Virus record (IMG/VR): IMGVR_UViG_3300028805_000055
Location: 32,001-96,000 of that record
Direction: 5' to 3' (one strand)
Origin: a virus
Lineage: Duplodnaviria > Caudoviricetes
Length of the DNA stretch: 64,000 bases
Shown here in pieces: positions 19,902 to 30,431 of the stretch. Numbering within the stretch: the stretch's first letter is position 1; each line of letters begins with the position of its first letter. The position numbers and the translations under genes were made by a program. Below the pieces are notes generated by a model, which saw only the letters and a program-made list of their open reading frames with translations, made no database searches and had not been told where the DNA came from.

Positions 19902-19919
19902 TGTACTTTTAAAAGTACA
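19902..19919. promoter_or_regulatory. palindromic motif TGTACTT-N4-AAGT (9 copies in window)
   Basis: TGTACTTTTAAAAGTACA; other copies at 19790, 25161, 26936, 27951, 44186, 44577, 45137, 45678. Confidence 0.75.
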
Positions 19920-19931
19920 AAGGAGTCAATG

Positions 19932-20174
19932 CTACTTGGTCATAGCATTGAGTTCCTTCTTGATGCGTCTGGCGGTTTCACCTCTCCAGCTACTTGCGTT
20001 AGCAAGGAAATAGAGTACGATGCTCTTACCAGAGTCCCAGCCGTAGTTGTCATTGACTGACTCCAGGCACGACATTGCGTCAAGGTAAGGTTTTGCACCA
20101 AAGTAGATATTCTTCCAATCATTGCGGATTTCTTTTGCTACCTCGTACAGAGGTCTTGTTGTTTGCTTTGCCAT
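19932..20174 (-). CDS. small phage protein
   Basis: RPLYEVAKEI..DW...YFGA.PYL.AM...YFLANA..WRG; start MAKQ. Confidence 0.85.
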   Translation of the reverse strand: MAKQTTRPLYEVAKEIRNDWKNIYFGAKPYLDAMSCLESVNDNYGWDSGKSIVLYFLANASSWRGETARRIKKELNAMTK

Positions 20175-20308
20175 AATAACTAATGTTTTAAGTATTACCC
20201 TCGGACTATCCTTAGGTTTCTGTGTGCAAAGGTAATAATAAAAAATGGAACTACCAAATAATAGTCCCATTTTTTAACAACTTTTATGAATTTACTGATT
20301 CAAAACCT

Positions 20309-21034
20309 TTACACACCAAACTTGTAGTCTGCCTTAACCTTGCCGCTTGGTGTCTTGATGTTGATGTGTAGCTTGGTTTGGTTGCTGCCGTACCACTCTG
20401 ATTCTTGGTATTGGGCAATCTCATAGTCGTAATCGTCACCATAACTGAAACACTCTTCTACGTCAAATCTAAGGGTGTCCTTGCTTGTTCTGTGCTTGCG
20501 AATGGTGTCGATGATGTTCTGACATTGTTTGGCATCATAACACAGATACTTGCGTGTGCCACTCTCAGACCAACTTGAACGTTTGCCGCATACCCTTGCA
20601 AAGAATACTTCTGTTTCGCCAAGTGACTTGTTAGCATACTTCTCTAATAGTTTATATAGGCTGATGAACTCCTTGCACGGCTTGGCATAAATCTCAACTC
20701 TCTCAAAGCGAACTTCTTGGGGTGTCCAATAGCCATCGCCATAGGTCTTGCTATATACTTTGCACCTGACGTTGGAAAGGGCAACTGCATCATTAAGGAT
20801 GCGGATAAAGGCAGCATCGTCTATCTCCTTATCATCATAGGTATAGGAGTTACCGCCAAACTTAATCTCTGAATATGCCCACTTGGAGTTACGACCAAAG
20901 CCACTTGACCAATTGGATAACTTAATGTCTAACTCGCAGTTGGTTTTCTTGCCCATCTGCTTGAATGTTTCCTTGATGTGGTTTGCAATCAGCATAACCA
21001 ACTTTTCTCTCTGTAAATTCTTAATCTTCTCCAT
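20309..21034 (-). CDS. hypothetical early protein
   Basis: Own promoter at 21059. Confidence 0.85.
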   Translation of the reverse strand: MEKIKNLQREKLVMLIANHIKETFKQMGKKTNCELDIKLSNWSSGFGRNSKWAYSEIKFGGNSYTYDDKEIDDAAFIRILNDAVALSNVRCKVYSKTYGDGYWTPQEVRFERVEIYAKPCKEFISLYKLLEKYANKSLGETEVFFARVCGKRSSWSESGTRKYLCYDAKQCQNIIDTIRKHRTSKDTLRFDVEECFSYGDDYDYEIAQYQESEWYGSNQTKLHINIKTPSGKVKADYKFGV

Positions 21035-21125
21035 GATGTTGTTTAATTGATTTCACGCTGCAAAGATACAAATAAAAATTGGAATAACAATGAGTTATCC
21101 CAATCTTTTATATTCTTTTAACAAA

Positions 21126-21479
21126 TCATAGTGCAACTTGAATACTATCCTTCCACTTCTCTTTACACGCCCTTAGTTTTTTATACATATGTGCAAGTTG
21201 TAACTCCATATCCTTGATGGCTCTGCGCTGGAGTTCGATAGCTTTCCTCTGAGCGTCTTTCTTGTCCACATACCAATAAATCCTTGTTGGCTCATTTTCA
21301 ATCGCTCTGGAGGCTTTATTTGTAATCTGTGAGGGTGAATAATAGCTGAATGATATTCCTATCGTATCATCATCAATGTGGCGTATTGACTTCACCGCAA
21401 CTCTGTTCACACTTCCTGGGGTTGCACTCCAAAAATAAGAGCCTTCAACTAAATCTCCGAAAGTTCTCTTCTTTTGCAT
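21126..21479 (-). CDS. hypothetical early protein
   Basis: Operon packing. Confidence 0.75.
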   Translation of the reverse strand: MQKKRTFGDLVEGSYFWSATPGSVNRVAVKSIRHIDDDTIGISFSYYSPSQITNKASRAIENEPTRIYWYVDKKDAQRKAIELQRRAIKDMELQLAHMYKKLRACKEKWKDSIQVAL

Positions 21480-21691
21480 AACTCATTAAAGTTTTGTAAG
21501 TTGTTTACAATAGTTCTCTTAATAGCAATCCGAATATCGGAATCATTGTAGTCTGGATAACCAGATGTTTCTACCACGTCCTTACACACATCATCCAGAA
21601 TTGCGCTCTGGATGCTCTCAATGTCGCTTGCATCCCACCATTGGAATAGGCTAAGGATTTGCTTTCTAACGTTCTCTTTAAGTTCTTCCAT
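21449..21691 (-). CDS. hypothetical early protein
   Basis: Operon packing. Confidence 0.75.
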   Translation of the reverse strand: MEELKENVRKQILSLFQWWDASDIESIQSAILDDVCKDVVETSGYPDYNDSDIRIAIKRTIVNNLQNFNELCKRRELSEI

Positions 21692-21704
21692 AATCGTTAT
21701 TGTT

Positions 21705-21893
21705 TTATAGTGTATATACGTCTTTTCTCACATCATACTTCTGGTACTCAATCTTCTCACCTAAGAGCCTTGCAGTTCTCTTACAATCCAGAACATCTTC
21801 CCAAGTGCATCCCATTGTGGTGCGATAGCAGAATCCGTTATGAATCCAATCTACTGAATAGATATTCGTTTTCTTAACAATCTTTCTTCTCAT
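21705..21893 (-). CDS. hypothetical early protein
   Basis: Start MRRK. Confidence 0.7.
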   Translation of the reverse strand: MRRKIVKKTNIYSVDWIHNGFCYRTTMGCTWEDVLDCKRTARLLGEKIEYQKYDVRKDVYTL

Positions 21894-21897
21894 AGCC

Positions 21898-22248
21898 TTA
21901 ATCGTTTTCAATAAAGAATACATCTGTGTAATCACCTCCCATAAACTTCGGGGTTAACTTCTGTCTGCCCTTAAAGTCCTCCATTGCTTCTGCCCTATCG
22001 TTGAAATAGGTAATGCTCTGATAACCTACCAAGCCATTGTTATAGCGGATGGATGCGGGAACACCAAATCTATTCTCATAAATCGTTCCACAATCCTCTT
22101 TAACCTCTGTGTAGGCTACTGCATACTTGCAAGCCTTGAAAGAGCCACTAAAGACCTTTTTCTTATCCTCTCCGATAACGTAATAGTTGTTATCAATGGC
22201 GAAAGAAATTCGCTTGCCCTCTGTTGTAAATGATTGTCTTGTTCTCAT
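21898..22248 (-). CDS. hypothetical early protein
   Basis: Operon packing. Confidence 0.75.
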   Translation of the reverse strand: MRTRQSFTTEGKRISFAIDNNYYVIGEDKKKVFSGSFKACKYAVAYTEVKEDCGTIYENRFGVPASIRYNNGLVGYQSITYFNDRAEAMEDFKGRQKLTPKFMGGDYTDVFFIEND

Positions 22249-22556
22249 AACCTTATATCAATATCGTTAAATAACTTAGATGAATCCCACATATTTCTGT
22301 TCTCGTCCTTGCACCACTTCTCATATTGGTCGCACGATAGTCTTTCTTCAAGTTCTACCTTGAACACACAGACCTTATCACATCTGTATCGGTAGAGCAG
22401 GGTGTTAGCCTTTTTCCTTGCACTCTCAAAGTATGTGTAAGCCTTTATATGGTGACGGAAAATCCAACTCACCACATTACCCTCTTGTAGTGTGCATCCA
22501 ACTCCATCTACGAATACCACTACGATAAATCTTGTTGTTGTTGATACGTTTGCCAT
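22245..22556 (-). CDS. hypothetical early protein
   Basis: Start MANV, after promoter 22582. Confidence 0.75.
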   Translation of the reverse strand: MANVSTTTRFIVVVFVDGVGCTLQEGNVVSWIFRHHIKAYTYFESARKKANTLLYRYRCDKVCVFKVELEERLSCDQYEKWCKDENRNMWDSSKLFNDIDIRL

Positions 22557-22730
22557 AACTTTGTTGTTTATTGATTTCGGGTACAAAGGTAGTCATAATT
22601 TTCCATACTACCAAATTTATTAAGATTATTTAAGAAAAAAATGGCTGGGGTCTTTCACAAGTGCCCAGCCATAAAGAATGAATAACTAAAAACCTAAAAC
22701 TTAATATGTTATGACACAAAACCAAACTTC

Positions 22731-23414
22731 TTACCAATTTGCAGCCTTTCTAAAGACTTCTTTGTATATGGCTTGGAGTTCTTCCACCGACTTGCCAAAC
22801 AACTCGTCTACATGGCTCTTTGCGTACTCTTTGACTGCATCCTTGCCTGCGTAATAGGCTTTCCGCAATCTATCGTTATGCTCCATCCGATGCCAACAAT
22901 CCCACTTCTCATAGAAATAGTTACTTACGGGGTTGGTTATCTTCCATCCTGCAATGGATTCCAACTTCTTAGCCTTATCCCTCTCTGCCTTCTCAATATA
23001 CTTCCAATAGACGTACTCCATAAGGATGCAGCGCAGGGTGCGAACGATGTCCTCTGAATTGTAGGTGTATGAGCCTGCAATATGACCATACCAAGTGCCA
23101 CCTCTCTTGAACTCTGACAAACTTTTACCTATTGATGAATCAGTGCTACTATTTTGAATATAGAGCATCAGAAATGCCCTGCCTTGATACTCATAGATGA
23201 ACTCGATGGTGCTATTCCAATCGTTACCAACTCTGCGCTCTGAATTGATGTAGAATCTGTCCCTGCCATCCCTGCACTCCTTGTAGATACGGATGATGGT
23301 TGCATCATTGACGTTCATCACTTCTTTTGCGCTAAGGTTCTTAATGACCTCTAACTTCTTCTCTGCCTTTGTCCTCCCGAAAAGGAACTCATTGATGTTA
23401 ATGCTCTGTTCCAT
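22731..23414 (-). CDS. hypothetical early protein
   Basis: Own promoter at 23438. Confidence 0.85.
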   Translation of the reverse strand: MEQSININEFLFGRTKAEKKLEVIKNLSAKEVMNVNDATIIRIYKECRDGRDRFYINSERRVGNDWNSTIEFIYEYQGRAFLMLYIQNSSTDSSIGKSLSEFKRGGTWYGHIAGSYTYNSEDIVRTLRCILMEYVYWKYIEKAERDKAKKLESIAGWKITNPVSNYFYEKWDCWHRMEHNDRLRKAYYAGKDAVKEYAKSHVDELFGKSVEELQAIYKEVFRKAANW

Positions 23415-23538
23415 AATGATGTTGTTTAAATTGTCGATGCAAAGGTAGTCATTATTTCTGATACTACCAAATTTTTCTCGATTTTTTAATATCTTTTAAG
23501 AAATCCCCACCACCAAGTTGATGGTGGGGTCAGGTGCT

Positions 23539-24294
23539 TTAAATATACTTAGCCAGCAAAATCATGGCATTTTTGTTAGTCTTTAACTTGTTAATGGCAA
23601 TAACTGAAATCTGCCTAATTCTTTCCTCTGTCTGTCCGTAGTCCTCTGCCACCTGCCATCTGCTTTTTGCCGTAGTTCCAATGCCATAGAGTACGCAAAT
23701 GATGTTGGCTTCCTTTTCATCCAGCAGGCTATTGATAACTCTCAATAGGTCAGTCAACAATGACTCGTTAGACTCTTTATCAGTTGTGGTGCAAAGAACG
23801 TCACCCAATGTAGCATTATTATCATCATCAGTAAGGGGAGCATCCAGCGATGTGTGCCTTGTGGTGGCATCCTTATGGTAGTCGGCTACGATGCGGCTTG
23901 ACTTCTTAATCTCTTCGAGAATGGCAGCACGAATGTCATTGACTGCGAATGATAAGAACTTCACACCAATGGTAGGGTCGAACTTGTCTGCGGCTTTCAT
24001 CAGACCTATATTGCCAGCAGAAATCAAATCCATAGTAGTAAGGCAACCGCCACAACCATAGTAATGCTCTCTTACGATGGAGATAACACCACGCAGATTA
24101 GAGTTGATTAACTTCTCCTTTGCAGCCTTGTTACCAGCCTTAATCTGAAAAGCTAACTCCACTTCTTCATCAGTTGTCAGCACTGGGAACACATTCACTG
24201 CTGCGTAATAGGCAGCTAACTCGCTGGTTCTCTCTGTGATTACTTCACTATTCTTTTTACTTCCAAAATAGATGGAATTAAGTTTGTTTGTCAT
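23539..24294 (-). CDS. sigma70-family factor derived from Bacteroidota primary sigma, region 3 largely missing
   Basis: EEVELA, LINSNLR, DLISAGNIGLMKAADKFDP, SLDAP, TEERIRQI. Confidence 0.9.
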   Translation of the reverse strand: MTNKLNSIYFGSKKNSEVITERTSELAAYYAAVNVFPVLTTDEEVELAFQIKAGNKAAKEKLINSNLRGVISIVREHYYGCGGCLTTMDLISAGNIGLMKAADKFDPTIGVKFLSFAVNDIRAAILEEIKKSSRIVADYHKDATTRHTSLDAPLTDDDNNATLGDVLCTTTDKESNESLLTDLLRVINSLLDEKEANIICVLYGIGTTAKSRWQVAEDYGQTEERIRQISVIAINKLKTNKNAMILLAKYI

Positions 24295-24665
24295 AACTCT
24301 TTTAGTTTTAATTTGACGTTTACCAACTACTATCGGTTGGATTCGAGGGCAAAGGTACAACGAATTTTTCTAACTACCAAATTTTTCTCGAATATTTAGC
24401 ATTTTTTAAGAAAAAAACTTGGAACTACCCTATTTTGGTAGTCCCAAGCCTTATTAATGTGGTCTCGTCTTACTCTTGGCGTGACTCTGGATATGCTTGT
24501 TAAAGTCAGCCTTAATCTCTCTCATGCTCCTAACATGTACAGGGCTGTGGTGGTAGGGAGCTATCCTGCGCCCTGTAATTGGGTCGTAATACCTGTCTTC
24601 ATTCATATAGATATAATATTAAGATTTAAACGTGCCGCCAAGTCGTAGCAACTGCTTTATATTAT

Positions 24666-24896
24666 TTATGCCCAACGTTTCCAATATGCTATTGAATTTG
24701 ATGTGCTAAAACCAAAATACTCTTTTATCCTATGTTCTGTTTCATCACCATCGTCAGTACTTGTAATCCTGCTATCCCACTTCCCACGATGGTACTCACC
24801 ACTACGATATAACTCACCAATAAGTTTTTCGTTTCGTGTGCGCCAAATAACGAGTAATGACCCATCATCGTGTTTATACATTGCAATCTTTACCAT
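24666..24896 (-). CDS. hypothetical early protein
   Basis: Gene run. Confidence 0.7.
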   Translation of the reverse strand: MVKIAMYKHDDGSLLVIWRTRNEKLIGELYRSGEYHRGKWDSRITSTDDGDETEHRIKEYFGFSTSNSIAYWKRWA

Positions 24897-24922
24897 ATTC
24901 TTTATCTCTTTTTGTTTTTAGC

Positions 24923-25132
24923 CTATCCGTTATTAGTATATGCGTGGTCGAACTCATTGCGCAGGTCTTTGTACGTGTCTGCGTCCTCTACGAGTAATAC
25001 TTCACTCGGCTCTGCGCCACAGGCAAGGGCTTCTGTAGTGAACAGGGGAATATTCTCCCACTTGTCCTTAATCTCTTTCATCGTTTCTCCCTCGATGTAG
25101 ATGTCTGCTGAAAACTTAATTCTTATTTCCAT
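24923..25132 (-). CDS. hypothetical early protein
   Basis: Gene run. Confidence 0.7.
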   Translation of the reverse strand: MEIRIKFSADIYIEGETMKEIKDKWENIPLFTTEALACGAEPSEVLLVEDADTYKDLRNEFDHAYTNNG

Positions 25133-25178
25133 AGTGATATTGCTTTTAATATAGCCTACTTGTACTTTTCTAAGTACA

Positions 25179-25409
25179 TTATACCATTCTCAGAGTAACC
25201 TTTTCAATGTCACGTCCTTTGAGTGTTACTTCAAAACATGAGCAGCCTCTAACCCATTCCTCTGGTGACTTAACATCTGGTTCATACATACAATCGCAAG
25301 AGTATTCTGCAATAACCTCGCCATCGTACATCATCTTAATGACGTTATCGTTCTCAGCCTTACGAGCCAAACGATTTACTTGTCTTACTAACTTAGTTAA
25401 TTTATCCAT
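25179..25409 (-). CDS. hypothetical early protein
   Basis: After promoter 25437. Confidence 0.75.
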   Translation of the reverse strand: MDKLTKLVRQVNRLARKAENDNVIKMMYDGEVIAEYSCDCMYEPDVKSPEEWVRGCSCFEVTLKGRDIEKVTLRMV

Positions 25410-25495
25410 ATAATTCGTTATTTAATTGTTTGACGTGGCAAAATTAAGTAAAAAGATTGGAACTACCAAAGGATAGCCCAATCTTTTAATATCTT

Positions 25496-26113
25496 TTAAG
25501 ATTCTGTATCATAGAGTTTACTGAGGCGTTCCAGTTCTTTTTCCTCAAACTTCTCCATTTCCAGTATGTAGTCACGTTCCTCGCTGCCTCCCTGCCAGTC
25601 CAGTTCACGCTCGAAGCGTATAGCAGCATGATGGAGCAGGTCTACTGCTACGTCGTAGCCTCCGACCTCAGACATATTATAAATCTTCTGATAGATGTCG
25701 GCAGCAAGCAGGATGAATGTTTCTGCCAGTTTATAGGCTTTATCGTGAGTGTACTTCACAAACACCTTATTCTTGGGGTCACAATCCAGTTTACCATACT
25801 TCATGCACACGTCGTACTGGTTGATTCCATCGTCGATGCCAGTGTAATCACAGATGGTGTTCTGCTTTCTCGGACACTCCTTGATGCAATCCATCTTAGA
25901 ATAGGTCATAAAGAGTCCGCTACCATCAGTGGCGATTGCCAGTCCGTCGTAGAACTCCATTTCAATTTCACACTCACCGTTTTCGTCGAACTTGTAGAGG
26001 CTCTTAAAAGGCTCTTCCAGTTTCTTAAACGCCTTACGGTTTGCAGGTGTATTGCTCACCAGTATGGTGTCAATGTAGTTGGGGATAATTTCAAATGTTC
26101 TTTCCATAATCAT
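25496..26113 (-). CDS. hypothetical early protein
   Basis: Gene run. Confidence 0.8.
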   Translation of the reverse strand: MIMERTFEIIPNYIDTILVSNTPANRKAFKKLEEPFKSLYKFDENGECEIEMEFYDGLAIATDGSGLFMTYSKMDCIKECPRKQNTICDYTGIDDGINQYDVCMKYGKLDCDPKNKVFVKYTHDKAYKLAETFILLAADIYQKIYNMSEVGGYDVAVDLLHHAAIRFERELDWQGGSEERDYILEMEKFEEKELERLSKLYDTES

Positions 26114-26385
26114 GTTGTTTAAATATATTCGACATTTAATCTATCTAACACGCTTTCTAATTCTCTCTTAGGCTCGATGCCGCAATAGTACTGCCCTACA
26201 AGACAACTTATAAGGCGATAGTTCTCATCCTCCTTGTTGTGGGAATTGAGCCATCTTACACCTGCGTTATATGCTCCTATTGGTTTATTTGCTCCCATAA
26301 TGATAACGTTTTAAATTGTTTGACGCTGCAAAATTAAACAAAAAAAGTGGAACTGCCAAAGAAACAGCCCCACATTTAACAATTA

Positions 26386-26886
26386 TTAACGAATCACTAT
26401 GACTTTCTCAACAATCTGAATGTCCTCGTAGTAGTCGTCACAGGGGTCATTGATATACCACCTGTCGTTACTTTCTTCGATTTCAAAGTCCTCTTTCAAC
26501 TGCTTCTTGGTACGACCCATGTAGTGAGGGGACTCGTCCAAGATGGTATTCTTCTCATCCTGTAATACTTTCCTTGCTGCCTCTCTCGTGGTACAGGGTA
26601 CAGCATTGATAATGAGTTCACCGTCCACGTTGCTTTCCTGCTGTACTATATAAACTTTCTGGAGGCAGAAGGGATGCTGTATGACGTAATCACCCAACAG
26701 CAGTCTAACTACCTGTTCCCTGTCAGCCAGAGGAATAAGCGTGTGGTAGTCTCTCATCCAATCCATCAAGTCACCGTAGATGGTTTGTCTCTCGCTGTCA
26801 CTCTCCAGACTACTCTTATCCAATAGCTTTTCAACCAAATTTGGATGTTTGGTCAGAATCTCTTGATAAATCTCTGTTACTTCCAT
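26386..26886 (-). CDS. hypothetical early protein
   Basis: Gene run. Confidence 0.8.
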   Translation of the reverse strand: MEVTEIYQEILTKHPNLVEKLLDKSSLESDSERQTIYGDLMDWMRDYHTLIPLADREQVVRLLLGDYVIQHPFCLQKVYIVQQESNVDGELIINAVPCTTREAARKVLQDEKNTILDESPHYMGRTKKQLKEDFEIEESNDRWYINDPCDDYYEDIQIVEKVIVIR

Positions 26887-26955
26887 AATGTTATGCTGTT
26901 TAAATTGTGTATACGTGTTGTTAATATAGCTGGCTTGTACTTATTCAAGTCCAGA

Positions 26956-27201
26956 CTACTCTACGATGCTGATGATTTGCTCACCATAGCACCAATGGTT
27001 ATCATCCAGAGAGAAAGTGTATTCGACACCCTCTGCAAAGTTACCTGCTCTGTATTTGAACTCAACCTCATCAACAGGCTCACCATACTTCTCGCCACAC
27101 TCACATTCCTCGATGCCAATAACCTTAGCAGTCTTAGGAGTTCTGTCACCATGTAGGCGATACTTAACCTTTGTTCCAATTTTGATAATTTGCTTTGCCA
27201 T
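26956..27201 (-). CDS. hypothetical early protein
   Basis: After promoter 27229. Confidence 0.8.
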   Translation of the reverse strand: MAKQIIKIGTKVKYRLHGDRTPKTAKVIGIEECECGEKYGEPVDEVEFKYRAGNFAEGVEYTFSLDDNHWCYGEQIISIVE

Positions 27202-27308
27202 AATGTTTGATGTTTAATTGTTTGACGCTGCAAAATTAGACAAAAAAAGTGAGACCACCAAAGAATAGTCCCACTTTTAACAAACATTAAGAATCTGGTT
27301 ACAGCCCC

Positions 27309-27647
27309 TTAGGAAGCGACCTGCGTCTGGTGGCTCATGTGGCAGGCAGCACACGCCATTTCTTCCTGCTCAGCGTCGTTGAGGCAGTCATACTCAAAGT
27401 TATAAGCCTTTAGGTTGGCTTTCAACTCATGGAGTGCTGTCTGGTAAGCCCGAACGTTTGAACGCCCTACAGCGAGGGTTGTAGACAGGTCTTTCACCAC
27501 GCCATCCTTTGACTTGTCACCCCACATTGGCGTAATCTGGTCACGCAGGGCTTTGTTTTTAGCCTCCTGTTCTTTGAGGCTCTTACGGAAGACATTGATT
27601 GAGCGTGCAACACGGCTCATGTTCTTTCTGCATTTCTCTTTGCTCAT
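27309..27647 (-). CDS. hypothetical coiled-coil early protein
   Basis: Gene run. Confidence 0.75.
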   Translation of the reverse strand: MSKEKCRKNMSRVARSINVFRKSLKEQEAKNKALRDQITPMWGDKSKDGVVKDLSTTLAVGRSNVRAYQTALHELKANLKAYNFEYDCLNDAEQEEMACAACHMSHQTQVAS

Positions 27648-27677
27648 AATTTTACACTTTTATATAGATTAATATTA

Positions 27678-27923
27678 TTATCTCCAAGGCACTAACTTGA
27701 ACCAGACAAACAGCACGTCGCTCGTGTCTCCAGACATAATGCCTTCTGGCTTATAGAGTCTGGCGTTGAATACTTCTGTATCAATTTCGTCGATAGCCCA
27801 ATTGCAACAGCCAACATTATCGTCCTCGAAGAACTCTTTTGCTTCACCGAAACACATCCCACCCAGACGCTTAACGTTGTATTTGTCTGGGTTTACGGAT
27901 GCGTGTAATATCTGTATCTTCAT
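27678..27923 (-). CDS. hypothetical early protein
   Basis: Gene run. Confidence 0.7.
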   Translation of the reverse strand: MKIQILHASVNPDKYNVKRLGGMCFGEAKEFFEDDNVGCCNWAIDEIDTEVFNARLYKPEGIMSGDTSDVLFVWFKLVPWR

Positions 27924-27966
27924 ACTCGTGATTATTTTATATAACCTCTTTGTACTTATTCAAGTC

Positions 27967-28650
27967 CTACCAGTTCTCAACAAACTTAATCTCTGCTGTG
28001 GTGTCCTTAACTCCCTGTGATGCAAAGTAAGCCTCTACAGCCTCTTTCAGTCCTGCTTCAAACTGCTTGGGGTCTTTGATGCGCTTCGACTTCGTGTAGG
28101 TGTAAATCTCAAACTTCTCATGGAAAGTGTAGTGGTCTGTGATATACTTCTCCAACTCGTCGTAATGCTCCTGTGATAGTTCTCCTGCCTCGTAGTGGAA
28201 ATTAGCATCATCAAGTCTATCTTCCAACAGGAGTTTCATGCGCTTGTCAGCCTTTTTATGCTCCTTTAGAATCTTCATTAAGGACTCGTAGCCATATCCC
28301 CACTGGCATTTGTGATTGGGTCTGTAAACGTATTTCTCACGTTCTGCATCAGTGAAATAGATTACCTCGCCAGACAGCATTTTGTCGATAGCCTCCTTTG
28401 CTGTCTCTATGCTCTTCGGAGTTGGATATACGCCACCATAAGCCTGTGCGGGTCTGTTCTCGTCGCCCTCCTTACAGAACTCGTAGTAAACCTCTCTTTT
28501 GGTCTCATATTGCTTTGTCATTTCATATCTCCTATTCCACTGGTTGAACCAATGATGAATAGCTAAGACACGAATAATTGAAAAGCCTTTGTAGGTCTCA
28601 CCTACCTTGCTTCTACTTCTTGTAATTCCATCTGATTTTCCCATAATCAT
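27967..28650 (-). CDS. hypothetical early protein
   Basis: After promoter 28672. Confidence 0.85.
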   Translation of the reverse strand: MIMGKSDGITRSRSKVGETYKGFSIIRVLAIHHWFNQWNRRYEMTKQYETKREVYYEFCKEGDENRPAQAYGGVYPTPKSIETAKEAIDKMLSGEVIYFTDAEREKYVYRPNHKCQWGYGYESLMKILKEHKKADKRMKLLLEDRLDDANFHYEAGELSQEHYDELEKYITDHYTFHEKFEIYTYTKSKRIKDPKQFEAGLKEAVEAYFASQGVKDTTAEIKFVENW

Positions 28651-28814
28651 TATTATTTAATTGTTTGACACTGCAAAATTAGATAAAAAAAGTGAGACTA
28701 CCAAATATTTTCAAGAAAACTTTTCATCTGATGGCAATTTTTAACCTTTATTTACACCTACGCCATCAATGTATTCTTAATTCTTTTTTGCACTTATTTA
28801 AGCCATAATCATTT

Positions 28815-29189
28815 TTACCATTCAATATAACTGGCTTTTTCAATTTCCTTATTGAAAAACTCTTTTTCTTCTTCTGTCGCCAAACGATACTCTCTGGTAT
28901 AACCCAAGCCAGTCATAGGATAAGGACGTTTATGTTTTTCAACTTCTCCATTTTCACGTCTGATATAAAACGCATCAGTCTCCAACGCTTCACCATTGAA
29001 GCCACAATATCGGCACATACAGCACCCCATGCGAAAAATACTAAGATGTTCGTCTTTCTTGACAATAATATCACCCTTTTTAAAACCATTGGTCAATTCA
29101 GCAAGGGTGTAAATAGTAACACTATCATCATCACAGATGGCAACCAAACCTGCTTCTTCCAACAACTCACTATTGTAAATCTCAACCAT
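28815..29189 (-). CDS. hypothetical early protein (RLATEEE family)
   Basis: After promoter 29224. Confidence 0.8.
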   Translation of the reverse strand: MVEIYNSELLEEAGLVAICDDDSVTIYTLAELTNGFKKGDIIVKKDEHLSIFRMGCCMCRYCGFNGEALETDAFYIRRENGEVEKHKRPYPMTGLGYTREYRLATEEEKEFFNKEIEKASYIEW

Positions 29190-29223
29190 GTTATTCTATT
29201 TTTAATTTATTATTTGATGATAG

Positions 29224-29275
29224 TGCAAAATTAGACAAAAAAAGTGAGACTACCAAATAATAGCCTCACTTTTAA
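29224..29275 (-). promoter_or_regulatory. fused terminator/promoter junction; representative of 30 minus-strand sigmaA promoters
   Basis: Transcript reads AAAAGTGAGGCTA-TTATTTGG-TAGTCTCACTTTTTTTGTC-TAATTTTGCA. Confidence 0.85.
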
Positions 29276-29281
29276 CATATT

Positions 29282-30028
29282 TTACCATCCGTACACCTTT
29301 GCCACATAGGGGCGCAGGCTCTTTGTAACTTTCATAAACTGCTCCTTTGTCATGCCCTTGTAAGCGATGGCGTTGATAAGGTTTTCAGCCTGCTCACGGC
29401 TCTTTGCTACTCTATACAGGTAGTAATTAGTACCGTCATGGTGTGAAGCCCTACAATGGACGTTATAGCGGTCACAATACCAATCCAAATAGTCACATTC
29501 AGACCTCAGAATGTCTTTAACATTACTGCCGATGATACCACCGCCTTGATGCCTACCGTCCCAGAGACCAAGGTCAAGGAAAGCGACGATGCAGCCCTCT
29601 ACCTTAATATCCAGATTTCCCCTTTCATCGTCCAGATACATATCGCAATCTTCCATATAACGCTCGTAGCTGATTTCGATGCCATCTTCCTCTCTGGATG
29701 CTTCGTCTGGATAGTCCTCTTTCATACAGGCTTCCCATTCGTGGTAATTGTCGTTATTCCAGATAATTCTGTGATTAACGTCGATAAGGCTATCACTGGT
29801 GACAGACTTGGCGAAATTCATCTGGAAATAACCCTTTACTCTGCCCTCTGTGTTCTCTCTGTCAACAGCCAGAAACTCCTTGCTGTCAACCAATTTCAGA
29901 CTATACCTGTTGGGCGATACACTGGTATCACAGACAAACTGGTATAACTTACCCTTTAATCCCTTGCTGGTAGTGTAAATCTTGAGTAGTTTACTTCCCA
30001 GACGATAACGTGCTATTAACTTTGCCAT
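29282..30028 (-). CDS. hypothetical early protein
   Basis: DLGLWDGR...HHDGTN pattern. Confidence 0.85.
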   Translation of the reverse strand: MAKLIARYRLGSKLLKIYTTSKGLKGKLYQFVCDTSVSPNRYSLKLVDSKEFLAVDRENTEGRVKGYFQMNFAKSVTSDSLIDVNHRIIWNNDNYHEWEACMKEDYPDEASREEDGIEISYERYMEDCDMYLDDERGNLDIKVEGCIVAFLDLGLWDGRHQGGGIIGSNVKDILRSECDYLDWYCDRYNVHCRASHHDGTNYYLYRVAKSREQAENLINAIAYKGMTKEQFMKVTKSLRPYVAKVYGW

Positions 30029-30048
30029 AATCTTATTTATTAAATTGT

Positions 30049-30282
30049 TTATAAAAATACGTCCTTATCTCTCAATGCAAACGCAACATCACAGATGTTT
30101 CCCATTGTGACGTGTTTCTCTCCAAGTAAGCGGTTATCACTGCTATACTTATAGATGTGAACACTGGTAGTCCACTGGTCAAGTCCATTACGAAGAATGG
30201 ATGTAACACCTCTCCAATCAGCAATATCATTCTTATATTCTGGGTCAGCGTTTTGCTTACTGATAATCATGTTGTATCTCAT
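30049..30282 (-). CDS. hypothetical early protein
   Basis: After promoter 30310. Confidence 0.75.
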   Translation of the reverse strand: MRYNMIISKQNADPEYKNDIADWRGVTSILRNGLDQWTTSVHIYKYSSDNRLLGEKHVTMGNICDVAFALRDKDVFL

Positions 30283-30431
30283 AATCTTGTTGCTTTAATT
30301 GTTTGACACTGCAAAATTAGATAAAATTCCTGTAACTACCAAATATTTTAAGATTATTTAAGAAAAAAGTAAGGCTGGAGTGCCTAGTACACCCCAGCCC
30401 CGTCACAACTAAATATAAGATATGGAAAGAG

